From a virus: 64,000 nt of DNA. The stretch lies in IMG/VR virus record IMGVR_UViG_3300045988_117149. The stretch is one strand, 5' to 3'. Each line of letters begins with the position of its first letter. Position 1 is the stretch's first letter. Of the stretch, positions 26,272 through 33,965 are shown in pieces. The notes beneath the pieces were generated by a model. It did no database searches, was not told the origin of the DNA, and saw nothing but the letters and a program-made list of their open reading frames with translations. The position numbers and the translations under genes were made by a program.

Positions 26272-27243
26272 TTATAAAGTGATTATTTGGTCTGATGAAG
26301 GCAATAGGAAAGTAGACCTTAATTGCCAAGTTTGATTAGTAAATCTATAAGCTGATATACGATCACCTGGGTAAGCCATTTCAGTACTACCATTTTGTAA
26401 ATTTACTCTTACACCCTCAGATTTTTTATACTTATGGACTGAGGTATCATCTAATACAGCGAAATTAAAATAAGCTGTACCAGTACTACCAGTTTGAGGT
26501 GTTTGCCCCTCTTTGAAGAAAGCTCCTGAAAAAGTGTTCAGAGGCCAATTGATTGTAAGGGTGATATCCTGTTCCGCAGCTTTCTGCCATATAGTCACTT
26601 CTCTACGTTGGTCACCACAGGTTACTAAGAGTGTTCCGGACCTTTCTGAAGAACCCGAGTTTGCTGCAGTTGCTTTAACTATAATTTGGTACCAATTAGG
26701 TGCACCTGCCATAATAGACCCATCTTTAACTGTAACCTTAGTTGCCCAAGAAGGAGTTACTCCTACGGATGGTTGTTTGGCCATTACCTCTCCATCACTT
26801 CGAGTCATATAAGATTGAACCATAATCGTAGTAGTATTACCTATATTAGCTCCTATGGTAGCACTTACATTCAATACACCTAAGAAGTAGGTATAAGTGA
26901 AGTTGGGTTCTTGACTTATAGGGAAAGATATAGTTTGACCAGATTCTCTCTGCTTAAATACAAGAGTATGGGTTCTGGCAGAGGAACCTGTATTCTCTTG
27001 CAGGGTGGTAAAAGTTACTTTGCAATCATTGCCCTCAAAAGCATATTTCACGCTTACCCAAGAGGGGATGCTGGATTCCATATCCCAATCTACATTAGTC
27101 TTCTGCCCAGTACTCTTGCCATTAATGTACTTGGTCTTATAGGAGTAGATATAGGTAGTCTTGGTATCCCCAACATTCTGACCTATCTCAAAGACCGATG
27201 CCCTGGGTGCAGCATTGGCTACTCTAAAGTTAAATTCGTTCAT
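26272..27243 (-). CDS. BACON-like paralog C, intact (323 aa, two repeats)
   Basis: TGSSARTHTLVFKQRESGQTISFPISQEP and SGSSERSGTLLVTCGDQRREVTIWQKAAEQ. Normal ATG with no homopolymer. Confidence 0.65.
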   Translation of the reverse strand: MNEFNFRVANAAPRASVFEIGQNVGDTKTTYIYSYKTKYINGKSTGQKTNVDWDMESSIPSWVSVKYAFEGNDCKVTFTTLQENTGSSARTHTLVFKQRESGQTISFPISQEPNFTYTYFLGVLNVSATIGANIGNTTTIMVQSYMTRSDGEVMAKQPSVGVTPSWATKVTVKDGSIMAGAPNWYQIIVKATAANSGSSERSGTLLVTCGDQRREVTIWQKAAEQDITLTINWPLNTFSGAFFKEGQTPQTGSTGTAYFNFAVLDDTSVHKYKKSEGVRVNLQNGSTEMAYPGDRISAYRFTNQTWQLRSTFLLPSSDQIITL

Positions 27244-27343
27244 AATCTAATAAGTTTTATTGGTTTATAATTATTGCTCTCTTGATATTGTAGTCCTCTA
27301 CCCATGGGATGCCATGAGTTCTATATATTTATATAAATGCTAA

Positions 27344-27811
27344 ATGAATATGAGAAGTACAGATTACATAAGTAAGGGAACTGCAGTAGCAAGGCTATAT
27401 AAGGCAAGGGAATACCTATTAATGGATAAAGATTGTAGGAAGGGCTTATGCTTTTACCTAAGGTCAGTAGATATCCTGGATTACCTCGAAGAGATTGGGA
27501 TATGGAATTTAGATACCTTCAGTATAGAAGTTCTATGGGCCTATGAGGATTTTATAAATAGAAGTTGTATAGTGGCTATGGGAAATGTGAAAGTAGTGGA
27601 GAGAAAGTTGAATACCATGTATAGTTGGAAGGATAGCTTTGATGCTAGGAGTTCATCCAAAGAGATATGGGGAATAGCAAGGGATTCTATCCCTGAGATT
27701 TCTCAAAAGAATTTCTATTGGTGGGACCCAAATGATAGAGAGGTAAGGGTGAAGGCAATCGATTTATTAATTAATAAGGTAATGAAGTATGGTGAAGGAA
27801 AAGAAGATTAG
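27344..27811 (+). CDS. hypothetical W/Y-rich protein 1 of plus-strand cassette (155 aa)
   Basis: ORF-track ORF with a C-poor coding strand. Shares GLC..L and [FY]YW[WF].P....[VY]....[IL][DE][LI]L motifs with the next gene. Confidence 0.55.
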   Translation: MNMRSTDYISKGTAVARLYKAREYLLMDKDCRKGLCFYLRSVDILDYLEEIGIWNLDTFSIEVLWAYEDFINRSCIVAMGNVKVVERKLNTMYSWKDSFDARSSSKEIWGIARDSIPEISQKNFYWWDPNDREVRVKAIDLLINKVMKYGEGKED

Positions 27812-28154
27812 GAAAGTGTTCGAAGAAATATACCAAGAGCAGTTAGCTAAACATAGGAGAGGAGGAACAATACAGAATCTTTGTAGGGTAATTAAAACCC
27901 ATTGTGTTTTGAATGGGTATTCAACTTTATGGATAGAGATTCAGCAATGGTTTAAACCTGAAAGATATGGTTTAACGGAGTTATATTATACGATAGATGT
28001 TAATACCCCTACCCCGATTGAGATGATTCCTTATGAGGATAGAGATAGGTATTATTGGTTTCCTGTACATCAGGTATATAATTTGAAGAGATTGGAGATT
28101 CTTGAAATGGAGATAGATAATCAATTAAAGGAGGAAGGTTATGGTGAAGGTTGA
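27789..28154 (+). CDS. hypothetical W/Y-rich protein 2, paralog of protein 1 (121 aa)
   Basis: 23-nt overlap with the upstream gene. QNLCRVIK...RYYWFPVHQVYNLKRLEILE parallels KGLCFYLR...NFYWWDPNDREVRVKAIDLL. Confidence 0.55.
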   Translation: MVKEKKIRKVFEEIYQEQLAKHRRGGTIQNLCRVIKTHCVLNGYSTLWIEIQQWFKPERYGLTELYYTIDVNTPTPIEMIPYEDRDRYYWFPVHQVYNLKRLEILEMEIDNQLKEEGYGEG

Positions 28155-28404
28155 GACTTTGAAGGAAGATGGGTTTGTTAGAATCCTAAGATGTAGGGAA
28201 GGTAATAGGATTTGGTATCAGATGTGGCTTACCGATTTGGAGAAGGGTTGCATTGATAGATATTTCCTTGATATGGAAGTTAAGGCTTGGTGGTTGATTA
28301 ATCTTCAGAGATGGTATGTTTTCTTTTATGAGAAGAATGGTAGGAGAGTTAGGGGAGTATTGGGGAAAGATAGGACTAAGGATTTACTTAGGAGTATTTT
28401 GTAG
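28141..28404 (+). CDS. hypothetical W-rich protein 3 (87 aa)
   Basis: 14-nt overlap with the upstream gene. Last gene before the bidirectional terminator. Confidence 0.5.
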   Translation: MVKVETLKEDGFVRILRCREGNRIWYQMWLTDLEKGCIDRYFLDMEVKAWWLINLQRWYVFFYEKNGRRVRGVLGKDRTKDLLRSIL

Positions 28405-28560
28405 GTATAGGCCCGGGATGGTTAATCTGTTCTGGGCTTCTTTGTGTGAGCATGTGTGGTGTGTGGATGTGGGGTACCCCTTAATACGAGGTGTCAAAAT
28501 CATGGCCTACTAAAACGAGCGTACGGTTACGTTAAATTTAACATTTAAAAATAAAAAGTA

Positions 28561-28586
28561 AGGGACAAACATTTTTATGTGTCCCT
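28561..28586. terminator. bidirectional intrinsic terminator between convergent units
   Basis: AGGGACA (28561..28567) / TGTCCCT (28580..28586). T-run TTGTTTTC follows on the plus strand and ACTTTTTATTTTT on the minus strand. Confidence 0.7.
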
Positions 28587-28593
28587 TTGTTTT

Positions 28594-28890
28594 CTAATTA
28601 TCTACTAAATGATTATTTAAATTTTCTTTAAATTGTTCATTTAAACAATAACATAAGTATAGTAAAAAAGTTTTAAAAGAAAATTTTTTATAAATTGTAT
28701 ATTCAACTTCTTTTAAATAGTTCATGCTTATTTGTTCAATCAATAGAAATTGCTCTGCATTAATTAATTGAAAAGTTTGCACGTCAATAATAGTAGATAT
28801 TATTCTATGATTTGACTTTAAAAGAATATAAACTACATATAAAGCACTAACAAAAACAGCTAATAAGATAACAAACAAGATTAATAACAT
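28594..28890 (-). CDS. small membrane protein in low-GC insert (98 aa)
   Basis: N-terminal MLLILFVILLAVFVSALYVVYILL helix. Extremely AT-rich codons compared with the rest of the window. Confidence 0.45.
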   Translation of the reverse strand: MLLILFVILLAVFVSALYVVYILLKSNHRIISTIIDVQTFQLINAEQFLLIEQISMNYLKEVEYTIYKKFSFKTFLLYLCYCLNEQFKENLNNHLVDN

Positions 28891-28907
28891 AATAATTTTA
28901 TTTTTAT

Positions 28908-28935
28908 GATAGGGAGTAAAATTTTACTCCCTATC
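28908..28935. repeat. 28-nt perfect palindrome GATAGGGAGTAAAA/TTTTACTCCCTATC
   Basis: Read directly, between the two low-GC genes. T-run (TGATTTTTGTTTT) only on the plus-strand side. Confidence 0.8.
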
Positions 28936-28946
28936 TGATTTTTGTT

Positions 28947-29357
28947 TTACTTCATTGATTTTTTCACGATTTCGAGACCTTTTATTAATATCGCTTTCTT
29001 TTCTTCTTTTGTATTCTCACTTGCAATTGAATTAAATGAAAAATCATTTAATGTATAGACTTGTTTATAAAAGTCTATAAAGCCCTCAATTAGTTTTTTA
29101 TCTGCATTGTTTGCAATCGTTGAAAGAAAATTGAAAGTTACGTTTCTGAACTTTTTACGTAACGATTTGATTTGCTTTTCGTTTGCACCCTCAAAAAGTT
29201 CTTTTTTGTAAATTTCTGTTTTTGTCCCTAAAGAAGTTTTGAAAAGACCAGCATTTTTTTCTTTAACGCTTTTCAATACGTCTAAAGCAATTAAACTATT
29301 TGCTTTTGCGTTTGCACTTGCTTTTTCTACATTTACATTATTAATTTGCTTTTTCAT
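28947..29357 (-). CDS. hypothetical lysine-rich helical protein in low-GC insert (136 aa)
   Basis: ORF-track ORF downstream of two tandem promoter copies. Confidence 0.55.
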   Translation of the reverse strand: MKKQINNVNVEKASANAKANSLIALDVLKSVKEKNAGLFKTSLGTKTEIYKKELFEGANEKQIKSLRKKFRNVTFNFLSTIANNADKKLIEGFIDFYKQVYTLNDFSFNSIASENTKEEKKAILIKGLEIVKKSMK

Positions 29358-29469
29358 AATAAAATGCTTGAAAGTTTTATTATTAATTATTTTTATTACC
29401 TTTTCAAATAGACCCTCAAGACTTTTTAAACTATTCTAATAAGGTAGTATTTATTTCATTTCTGTATTG

Positions 29470-29477
29470 CAAATATA
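29470..29477 (-). promoter_or_regulatory. -7 box TATATTTG with -33 TTTG (minus strand), copy 1
   Basis: Minus strand reads TTTGTAGATTAAAAAATAGTTCTTATATTTGCAAT, i.e. TTTG-N19-TAnnTTTG. Confidence 0.65.
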
Positions 29478-29575
29478 AGAACTATTTTTTAATCTACAAA
29501 ATTTTTAGAGAATTATTTTCTTAAAAAGTTTTAATTAAAAATTTATTCAAATATCTTTTTGTTTTTCTCACATTG

Positions 29576-29583
29576 CAAAGATA
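29576..29583 (-). promoter_or_regulatory. -7 box TATCTTTG with -33 TTTG (minus strand), copy 2
   Basis: A ~55-nt segment about 75 percent identical to copy 1, 107 nt upstream (ATTGCAAAGATACGGACTTTATTTTAATCTACAAAC). Confidence 0.55.
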
Positions 29584-29846
29584 CGGACTTTATTTTAATC
29601 TACAAACATTTTCAAGAAAATTTTTTGAGAAAATGAATATTTTTATTTTCAAAATTATTTTCGTGAAAAATTCATAAAATAGAAAATATTGTGCACCCTA
29701 AAAGGACTTAATATTTGCACTTAATTTTGGAGGTTCACAAGGGAAATCTTCACACGCCTTGTAGTGGGCATATATGATATGTATATAGGTAATCCTATAT
29801 AGCTTATGCCTGTCCTCTTGAGAGTGTATTATATACCTGTATATTG

Positions 29847-30039
29847 AAGGCCATTAATGGACTAAGGTGATAAAGAATTAAGGCCAATTAGCTATATCCA
29901 TATTATTGCCATCTATAAACCTATTAGGTCCTAATTCAATAAGGCCATATAGGGACTATGGTAAGCCTATAGAGATTAGGATAGCCTATAAGGGCTTACT
30001 AAGTTAGCGTAAGTAAAAACCCAGTACTTAGGTAAGCCT
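29847..30039. repeat. cluster of short repeated words (AAGGCCA x3, GGTAAGCCT x2, CCATTAATGG)
   Basis: AAGGCCA at 29847, 29880 and 29941. GGTAAGCCT at 29960 and 30031. Palindrome CCATTAATGG at 29851..29860. Confidence 0.75.
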
Positions 30040-30054
30040 GGGTCAAAGTTAGGA

Positions 30055-30441
30055 TTAGAGAGTATAGGGATGGGTAACGATATATGTATTATTGATATAG
30101 GTTACTGTAGGGGCAAGAGGTGAAGCCTCATAATCGAGAGGGAATGCTTTGTGTAATTCGTAGGAGCAAAGCTGTTCTTGTCTAGTATTCAGTTCGTTAT
30201 CTGAATAGAATATTAGTGTATGTAAGCCATCGCCTTCTTCTTCGTTCTCTGTTGAGGTAATTGAGATTAGGTGAAAGCCTTGTTTGAGAAATTCTGAGTC
30301 TTTGTCAAGAGAACCGAGATAGCAATTGAGGTATTCGGTATAGCCCTGTACTGAAGGATTAGAAGCATTAGAGATTACTAAGGCATTATTAGTAAGTTCT
30401 GATTCAGTGTTGAGAACGAGGTACTTAATATTATTTTTCAT
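30055..30441 (-). CDS. hypothetical acidic protein (128 aa) embedded between repeat arrays
   Basis: ORF-track ORF with its own -7 box at 30484. Confidence 0.5.
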   Translation of the reverse strand: MKNNIKYLVLNTESELTNNALVISNASNPSVQGYTEYLNCYLGSLDKDSEFLKQGFHLISITSTENEEEGDGLHTLIFYSDNELNTRQEQLCSYELHKAFPLDYEASPLAPTVTYINNTYIVTHPYTL

Positions 30442-30483
30442 AATGTTTAAAAATTAAATTGTTAGTATTTCTTTTTCTTTCTA

Positions 30484-30491
30484 CAAAGATA
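30484..30491 (-). promoter_or_regulatory. -7 box TATCTTTG (minus strand)
   Basis: About 45 nt upstream of ATG 30441. Confidence 0.5.
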
Positions 30492-30563
30492 CAAATAATA
30501 AATAATATATGCAATATGCCCCATTTGCCTTCGTAGGTTATTGATGGCCTTATAAATCCCCTG

Positions 30564-31116
30564 GGCCATTAATGGAGATTGCCTTAATCCTAATTTGCCC
30601 AGTACCTACTAATATATAATACTATATAAACTAACCTGAGGCAAAAGGCAATCAAGGCAATCGAAATCACCAAATTGTCCTAGAGTTCTGCAAATAATGC
30701 TAATATAAATACTAAGCCAATTACTTACATAGTTACTAGGAATATTGCCTAAATATTACCTATAAAAGCCCTAATTCCTATTTACCATTTAGCCTTAAAA
30801 CCCTAATCCTATTTGCCTAATCACAAATCCTAACTCCAATACTTATTATATAATACCTAATATAATAACTTGGTGAAGGCAATCAAGGTAAATTGTGATG
30901 GCCATTAATCGACGATGTACTAAAGCTATACTACCCACATACATAGAAGCTACATAACATACCTGTATTATATAATCCCCTACCTTCGAATTACCTTGAA
31001 TGCAATCTATAATATAATACATATAAAGGGTACTCAAGGCAATCGGATTTAGACGGATTTAGAGGCCATTAATGGTCGGATTTTGTGTACCTTTTAGGCC
31101 TTTTTGTGATTGCCTT
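30564..31116. repeat. iteron/palindrome array: AAGGCAATC x5 direct + x2 inverted, GGCCATTAATGG x3, CGGATTT x3
   Basis: AAGGCAATC at 30645, 30654 (tandem), 30876 and 31036. Degenerate AAGGTAA at 30885. Inverted GATTGCCTT at 30577 and 31108. GGCCATTAATGG at 30564 and 31064, GGCCATTAATCG at 30900. CGGATTT at 31044, 31054 and 31077. Confidence 0.85.
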
Positions 31117-31527
31117 TAAAGTGTGTAGTAGAGCTATATGGTATAGTGGCTATATAGTGAGTTGAGTGGCTTTGTATAGTAGTAGGTAGGTACCTAGATC
31201 TCATTCTCAATTTTTCCCACCCCCGGCGAGGTACCCCAAGGGAAGGAAGGTAAGTATGTATTATGATTAGTATATGTTATATTGATGGTATATAGGATAG
31301 GTGTATTAGTTATATGTGTACCTTAGTTAGCGCTATTAAGATTTTGATTATTTGTTTTGTTTGGTGGGTAGTATGTGGATGGGTAGTATTATAGGATTAC
31401 CTTGAATAGGTATTCGATTAGGATATTGTATAGTAATAGGTATATTAGGTACTTGGTTATTATGTAGGCTTTGGGATATTTTATTTGGTTTTCTTTGTGT
31501 TGGGAGTAGGTCTTCTCTACGTCTAGG

Positions 31528-31560
31528 ATCCTTAGTAGGAAGTAGAGCCCTACTAAGGAT
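31528..31560. terminator. 12-bp perfect hairpin at the end of the early gene array
   Basis: ATCCTTAGTAGG (31528..31539) / CCTACTAAGGAT (31549..31560) with a 9-nt loop, 26 nt after the stop of 31586..31846. No clear U-tract. Confidence 0.45.
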
Positions 31561-31585
31561 TTGGATAATATGTATAGGATTTGTA

Positions 31586-31846
31586 TCATAATTCTGGTAT
31601 TCCTTGTTTCTGTATTACGGTTCCTCCTCGATTAAAGGATATCTCTTGGCATTCTAAGTGTATTGTCTCGAAGTATTCCTGGATGCCCTGAAGACTGAAG
31701 AAGGTTAATTTCTCGTTACCGTATATGTTATTTACCTGGTCTATGATTTCTTGTTTGGCTTTGGTAGGGTCCTCATTGAGGGAATGTATTATATCCTGTA
31801 CTTCGTTATCTTCGATAATTACTAAGGTAGTGATTGTTATTTTCAT
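31586..31846 (-). CDS. hypothetical protein (86 aa)
   Basis: ORF-track ORF. Last gene of the minus-strand early array. Confidence 0.5.
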   Translation of the reverse strand: MKITITTLVIIEDNEVQDIIHSLNEDPTKAKQEIIDQVNNIYGNEKLTFFSLQGIQEYFETIHLECQEISFNRGGTVIQKQGIPEL

Positions 31847-31849
31847 GTT

Positions 31850-32128
31850 CTAGTCGATATATAGGTTATACTTAATGTTTTCTAGTGTGAAGGATATGAA
31901 GGGTTTTTCCTCTGTTTCTTCCTTGGGATAGGCATTGAGGATTAGGTCATCCGTATTTAGGATTAGGTTTACTTCCTGTCCTCCATTAGTTGTGATGATG
32001 GTGATATCTTCCTCAAGGTCTCTGTCTTTCTCATCGCCCAGTGAATTAAGGAGGATAGCCGACCATGGATAATCTTGGACCTGTGATATAAGGATGATAA
32101 GCAGTTGGTTAAAAGCTCTTGTTGTCAT
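31850..32128 (-). CDS. hypothetical acidic protein (92 aa)
   Basis: ORF-track ORF downstream of the promoter at 32191. Confidence 0.5.
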   Translation of the reverse strand: MTTRAFNQLLIILISQVQDYPWSAILLNSLGDEKDRDLEEDITIITTNGGQEVNLILNTDDLILNAYPKEETEEKPFISFTLENIKYNLYID

Positions 32129-32190
32129 AATGTTAATGTGTTAGTGACCCGTTCGAGGTCGGTTAATATTATATTTTTATTTCTCTATTG

Positions 32191-32198
32191 CAAATATA
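32191..32198 (-). promoter_or_regulatory. -7 box TATATTTG (minus strand)
   Basis: Minus strand reads TTCGTATATTTGCAATAGAG. Confidence 0.6.
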
Positions 32199-32243
32199 CG
32201 AAATAAATATAATACGTGCAAATTAATATAATAATATATGGGG

Positions 32244-32477
32244 TTAACTGGGTACCCTAATGAAGTCCAGTATTTCGATATCATAATAGGGCATTCCCAT
32301 TAGTTCTCGGATTACCTGTTTGGTAAAATATACATGTAGGTGATTAGGATTTAATGTTTGCCTTGGATATCTGAGATATGGGTTTAATTCTTCAGTACGA
32401 TATGTAACAAGGAAAGGCTCGCAAAAGCCTTCTCCTTGAATATTAAATGATACCAGGAATGTGTCTTTAGTTATCAT
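32244..32477 (-). CDS. hypothetical protein (77 aa)
   Basis: ORF-track ORF. Confidence 0.5.
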   Translation of the reverse strand: MITKDTFLVSFNIQGEGFCEPFLVTYRTEELNPYLRYPRQTLNPNHLHVYFTKQVIRELMGMPYYDIEILDFIRVPS

Positions 32478-32617
32478 ATCAGTATGGGTATTAGTTGTGT
32501 ATTTTCGATTGTTAAAACCGTATCTTTTGTTAAAGGTCGGGAACCGATACCGAATATAGTGATAGCGGTTCCCTGAGGTAGTCTAATCATTAATAGGAAG
32601 ATGATGTAGTCTTTCAT
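32474..32617 (-). CDS. possible small ORF (47 aa), below the track cutoff
   Basis: Own translation: MKDYIIFLLMIRLPQGTAITIFGIGSRPLTKDTVLTIENTQLIPILI. ATGA overlap with the 32477 start fills an otherwise empty 140-nt gap. Confidence 0.3.
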   Translation of the reverse strand: MKDYIIFLLMIRLPQGTAITIFGIGSRPLTKDTVLTIENTQLIPILI

Positions 32618-32620
32618 TTG

Positions 32621-32911
32621 TTACCCGAAATAGAATTTGCATAAGTCTTCTATGAAAGTCTCTTCTTCGTCCATGATTGTATCGGATTGTATGTATTCAA
32701 ATTTGAATTGAGAATAGAATGGTCCGAATATCAGTATCATTATGTTATCTTGCAGGTCGCATAATGATTGTTCCTCCTCTTCAGAGAGAGTAGATTGGTC
32801 CTTGTTAATGATATCAGAATAATTCTTAAGCAGAGCCTTGAGATTCTGAATACCTTCTGGGTTATTGGTTTCTATATCCAGCAATGTGGATTTCATTTCT
32901 TCTGTAATCAT
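32621..32911 (-). CDS. hypothetical very acidic protein (96 aa)
   Basis: ORF-track ORF with EEEEQS and DEEETFIED runs. Confidence 0.5.
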   Translation of the reverse strand: MITEEMKSTLLDIETNNPEGIQNLKALLKNYSDIINKDQSTLSEEEEQSLCDLQDNIMILIFGPFYSQFKFEYIQSDTIMDEEETFIEDLCKFYFG

Positions 32912-33297
32912 GATTGTATAGTTTTATAGGGTTTAGCAATTACTGATATGAACCCTTGTGGATATTGGGTATATAACAGTTGGAATGATACACCTTCTAC
33001 GTTTGGTAAAAATACCCGTATGATATTTGCGAGCAATGGGTAGATTTTCCATTGGTTCTCGTCCAGGAATTGTTGCCATTCAGCATGTTCATCCTCGTCA
33101 TAGTTACCTGTTAGTTGGATATGGTATCCCTCTGGTGGAGGTGTAGGAAGAAATAAGTTGGTTACAACTTCGATTTCGTTGGTTTCCTTTTTGTATTGAG
33201 AGATAGGATACCAGATACCTTCGGTTTTCCATTTGTCTAATTGGAACAGGGTCATTCCCTGTTCCAGTGCGTTAAGCAGTTTGTATAAGTTTACCAT
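32908..33297 (-). CDS. hypothetical protein (129 aa)
   Basis: ORF-track ORF with a 4-nt overlap downstream. Confidence 0.5.
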   Translation of the reverse strand: MVNLYKLLNALEQGMTLFQLDKWKTEGIWYPISQYKKETNEIEVVTNLFLPTPPPEGYHIQLTGNYDEDEHAEWQQFLDENQWKIYPLLANIIRVFLPNVEGVSFQLLYTQYPQGFISVIAKPYKTIQS

Positions 33298-33303
33298 AGT
33301 TGA

Positions 33304-33810
33304 TTAGAGTTTATTGATTGTTTCTGAAATGTAAAGCCCAGAGAATAATTCCGTTTCTCTGTGATCTGATTCGTATTTTTCGAGTGATTCAAGAGTATCG
33401 GAATATTGAGATATCATGTCTTCGTCATTTTCCTCGTTAGCAATGAAGTTTCTTAAATGGGTTTTGAGACCTTCGATTGTATAATCTTGGTGTTCAAGAG
33501 TTAATTGAGGAATAGCATAAATGATAGCCTCTACCTGTGAAGGAGAATAATCGTAGTATTGGTCATCGGCACCCTCTTCTAAGTCCATTGATTTGATATT
33601 TGATTTGATATCATTGAAGAGAATATCTTCGTTGGGATAGATGCAAAGAGTAGCAGATGCACCTTGGTAATCGTCGGTTTCCTCGATGTCAATTTCAAAG
33701 ATTTCGATACCGTCTGAAACTGAAAGACCTTCTGTGTAATCGAAAGTATGAAACTTGTTAGCATCGATTATCGATTTGAGTTCGGGGAGGGTTTTAATAA
33801 TTTTTTCCAT
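33304..33810 (-). CDS. hypothetical acidic protein (168 aa)
   Basis: The track start 33849 is a GTG abutting the -7 box. The ATG at 33810 (MEKIIKTL) is 42 nt from the box and is preferred. Confidence 0.5.
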   Translation of the reverse strand: MEKIIKTLPELKSIIDANKFHTFDYTEGLSVSDGIEIFEIDIEETDDYQGASATLCIYPNEDILFNDIKSNIKSMDLEEGADDQYYDYSPSQVEAIIYAIPQLTLEHQDYTIEGLKTHLRNFIANEENDEDMISQYSDTLESLEKYESDHRETELFSGLYISETINKL

Positions 33811-33851
33811 TTTGTCTATATTAAAAATTGTTTGAGAAATATTTCTCACTG

Positions 33852-33859
33852 CAAATATA
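33852..33859 (-). promoter_or_regulatory. -7 box TATATTTG (minus strand)
   Basis: Minus strand reads TTGTATATTTGCAGTGAG. Confidence 0.6.
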
Positions 33860-33910
33860 CAAAATTATTTTATAACTTGTATCACTATATAATATTATTT
33901 TTAAAAATAG

Positions 33911-33947
33911 AGAGGTACTCAGTTTTGGTTATGTACTGAGCACCTCT
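33911..33947 (-). terminator. intrinsic terminator after 33966..34532
   Basis: AGAGGTACTCAG / CTGAGCACCTCT (11 of 12 pairs) with a 13-nt loop. On the minus strand it is followed by CTATTTTTAAAAA. Confidence 0.65.
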
Positions 33948-33965
33948 GAGGATATATAGAACTGG

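Noticed and set aside
30846-31037. 63-aa minus-strand ORF inside the iteron region.
   Set aside because: It has no promoter box or coupling to neighbours, its sequence is low-complexity, and it is made up largely of the repeat words themselves.
29440-31400. Possibility that the repeat-rich region is a CRISPR array or a tRNA cluster.
   Set aside because: The repeats are 7-12 nt words at irregular spacing and in both orientations, not 25-40-nt repeats with uniform spacers. I could fold no cloverleaf by eye, although tRNAscan was not run.
31389-31589. 66-aa minus-strand ORF (MIQILYILSK...).
   Set aside because: It overlaps the upstream gene's stop and contains the 12-bp hairpin. It lies in C-depleted low-complexity DNA and is probably non-coding.
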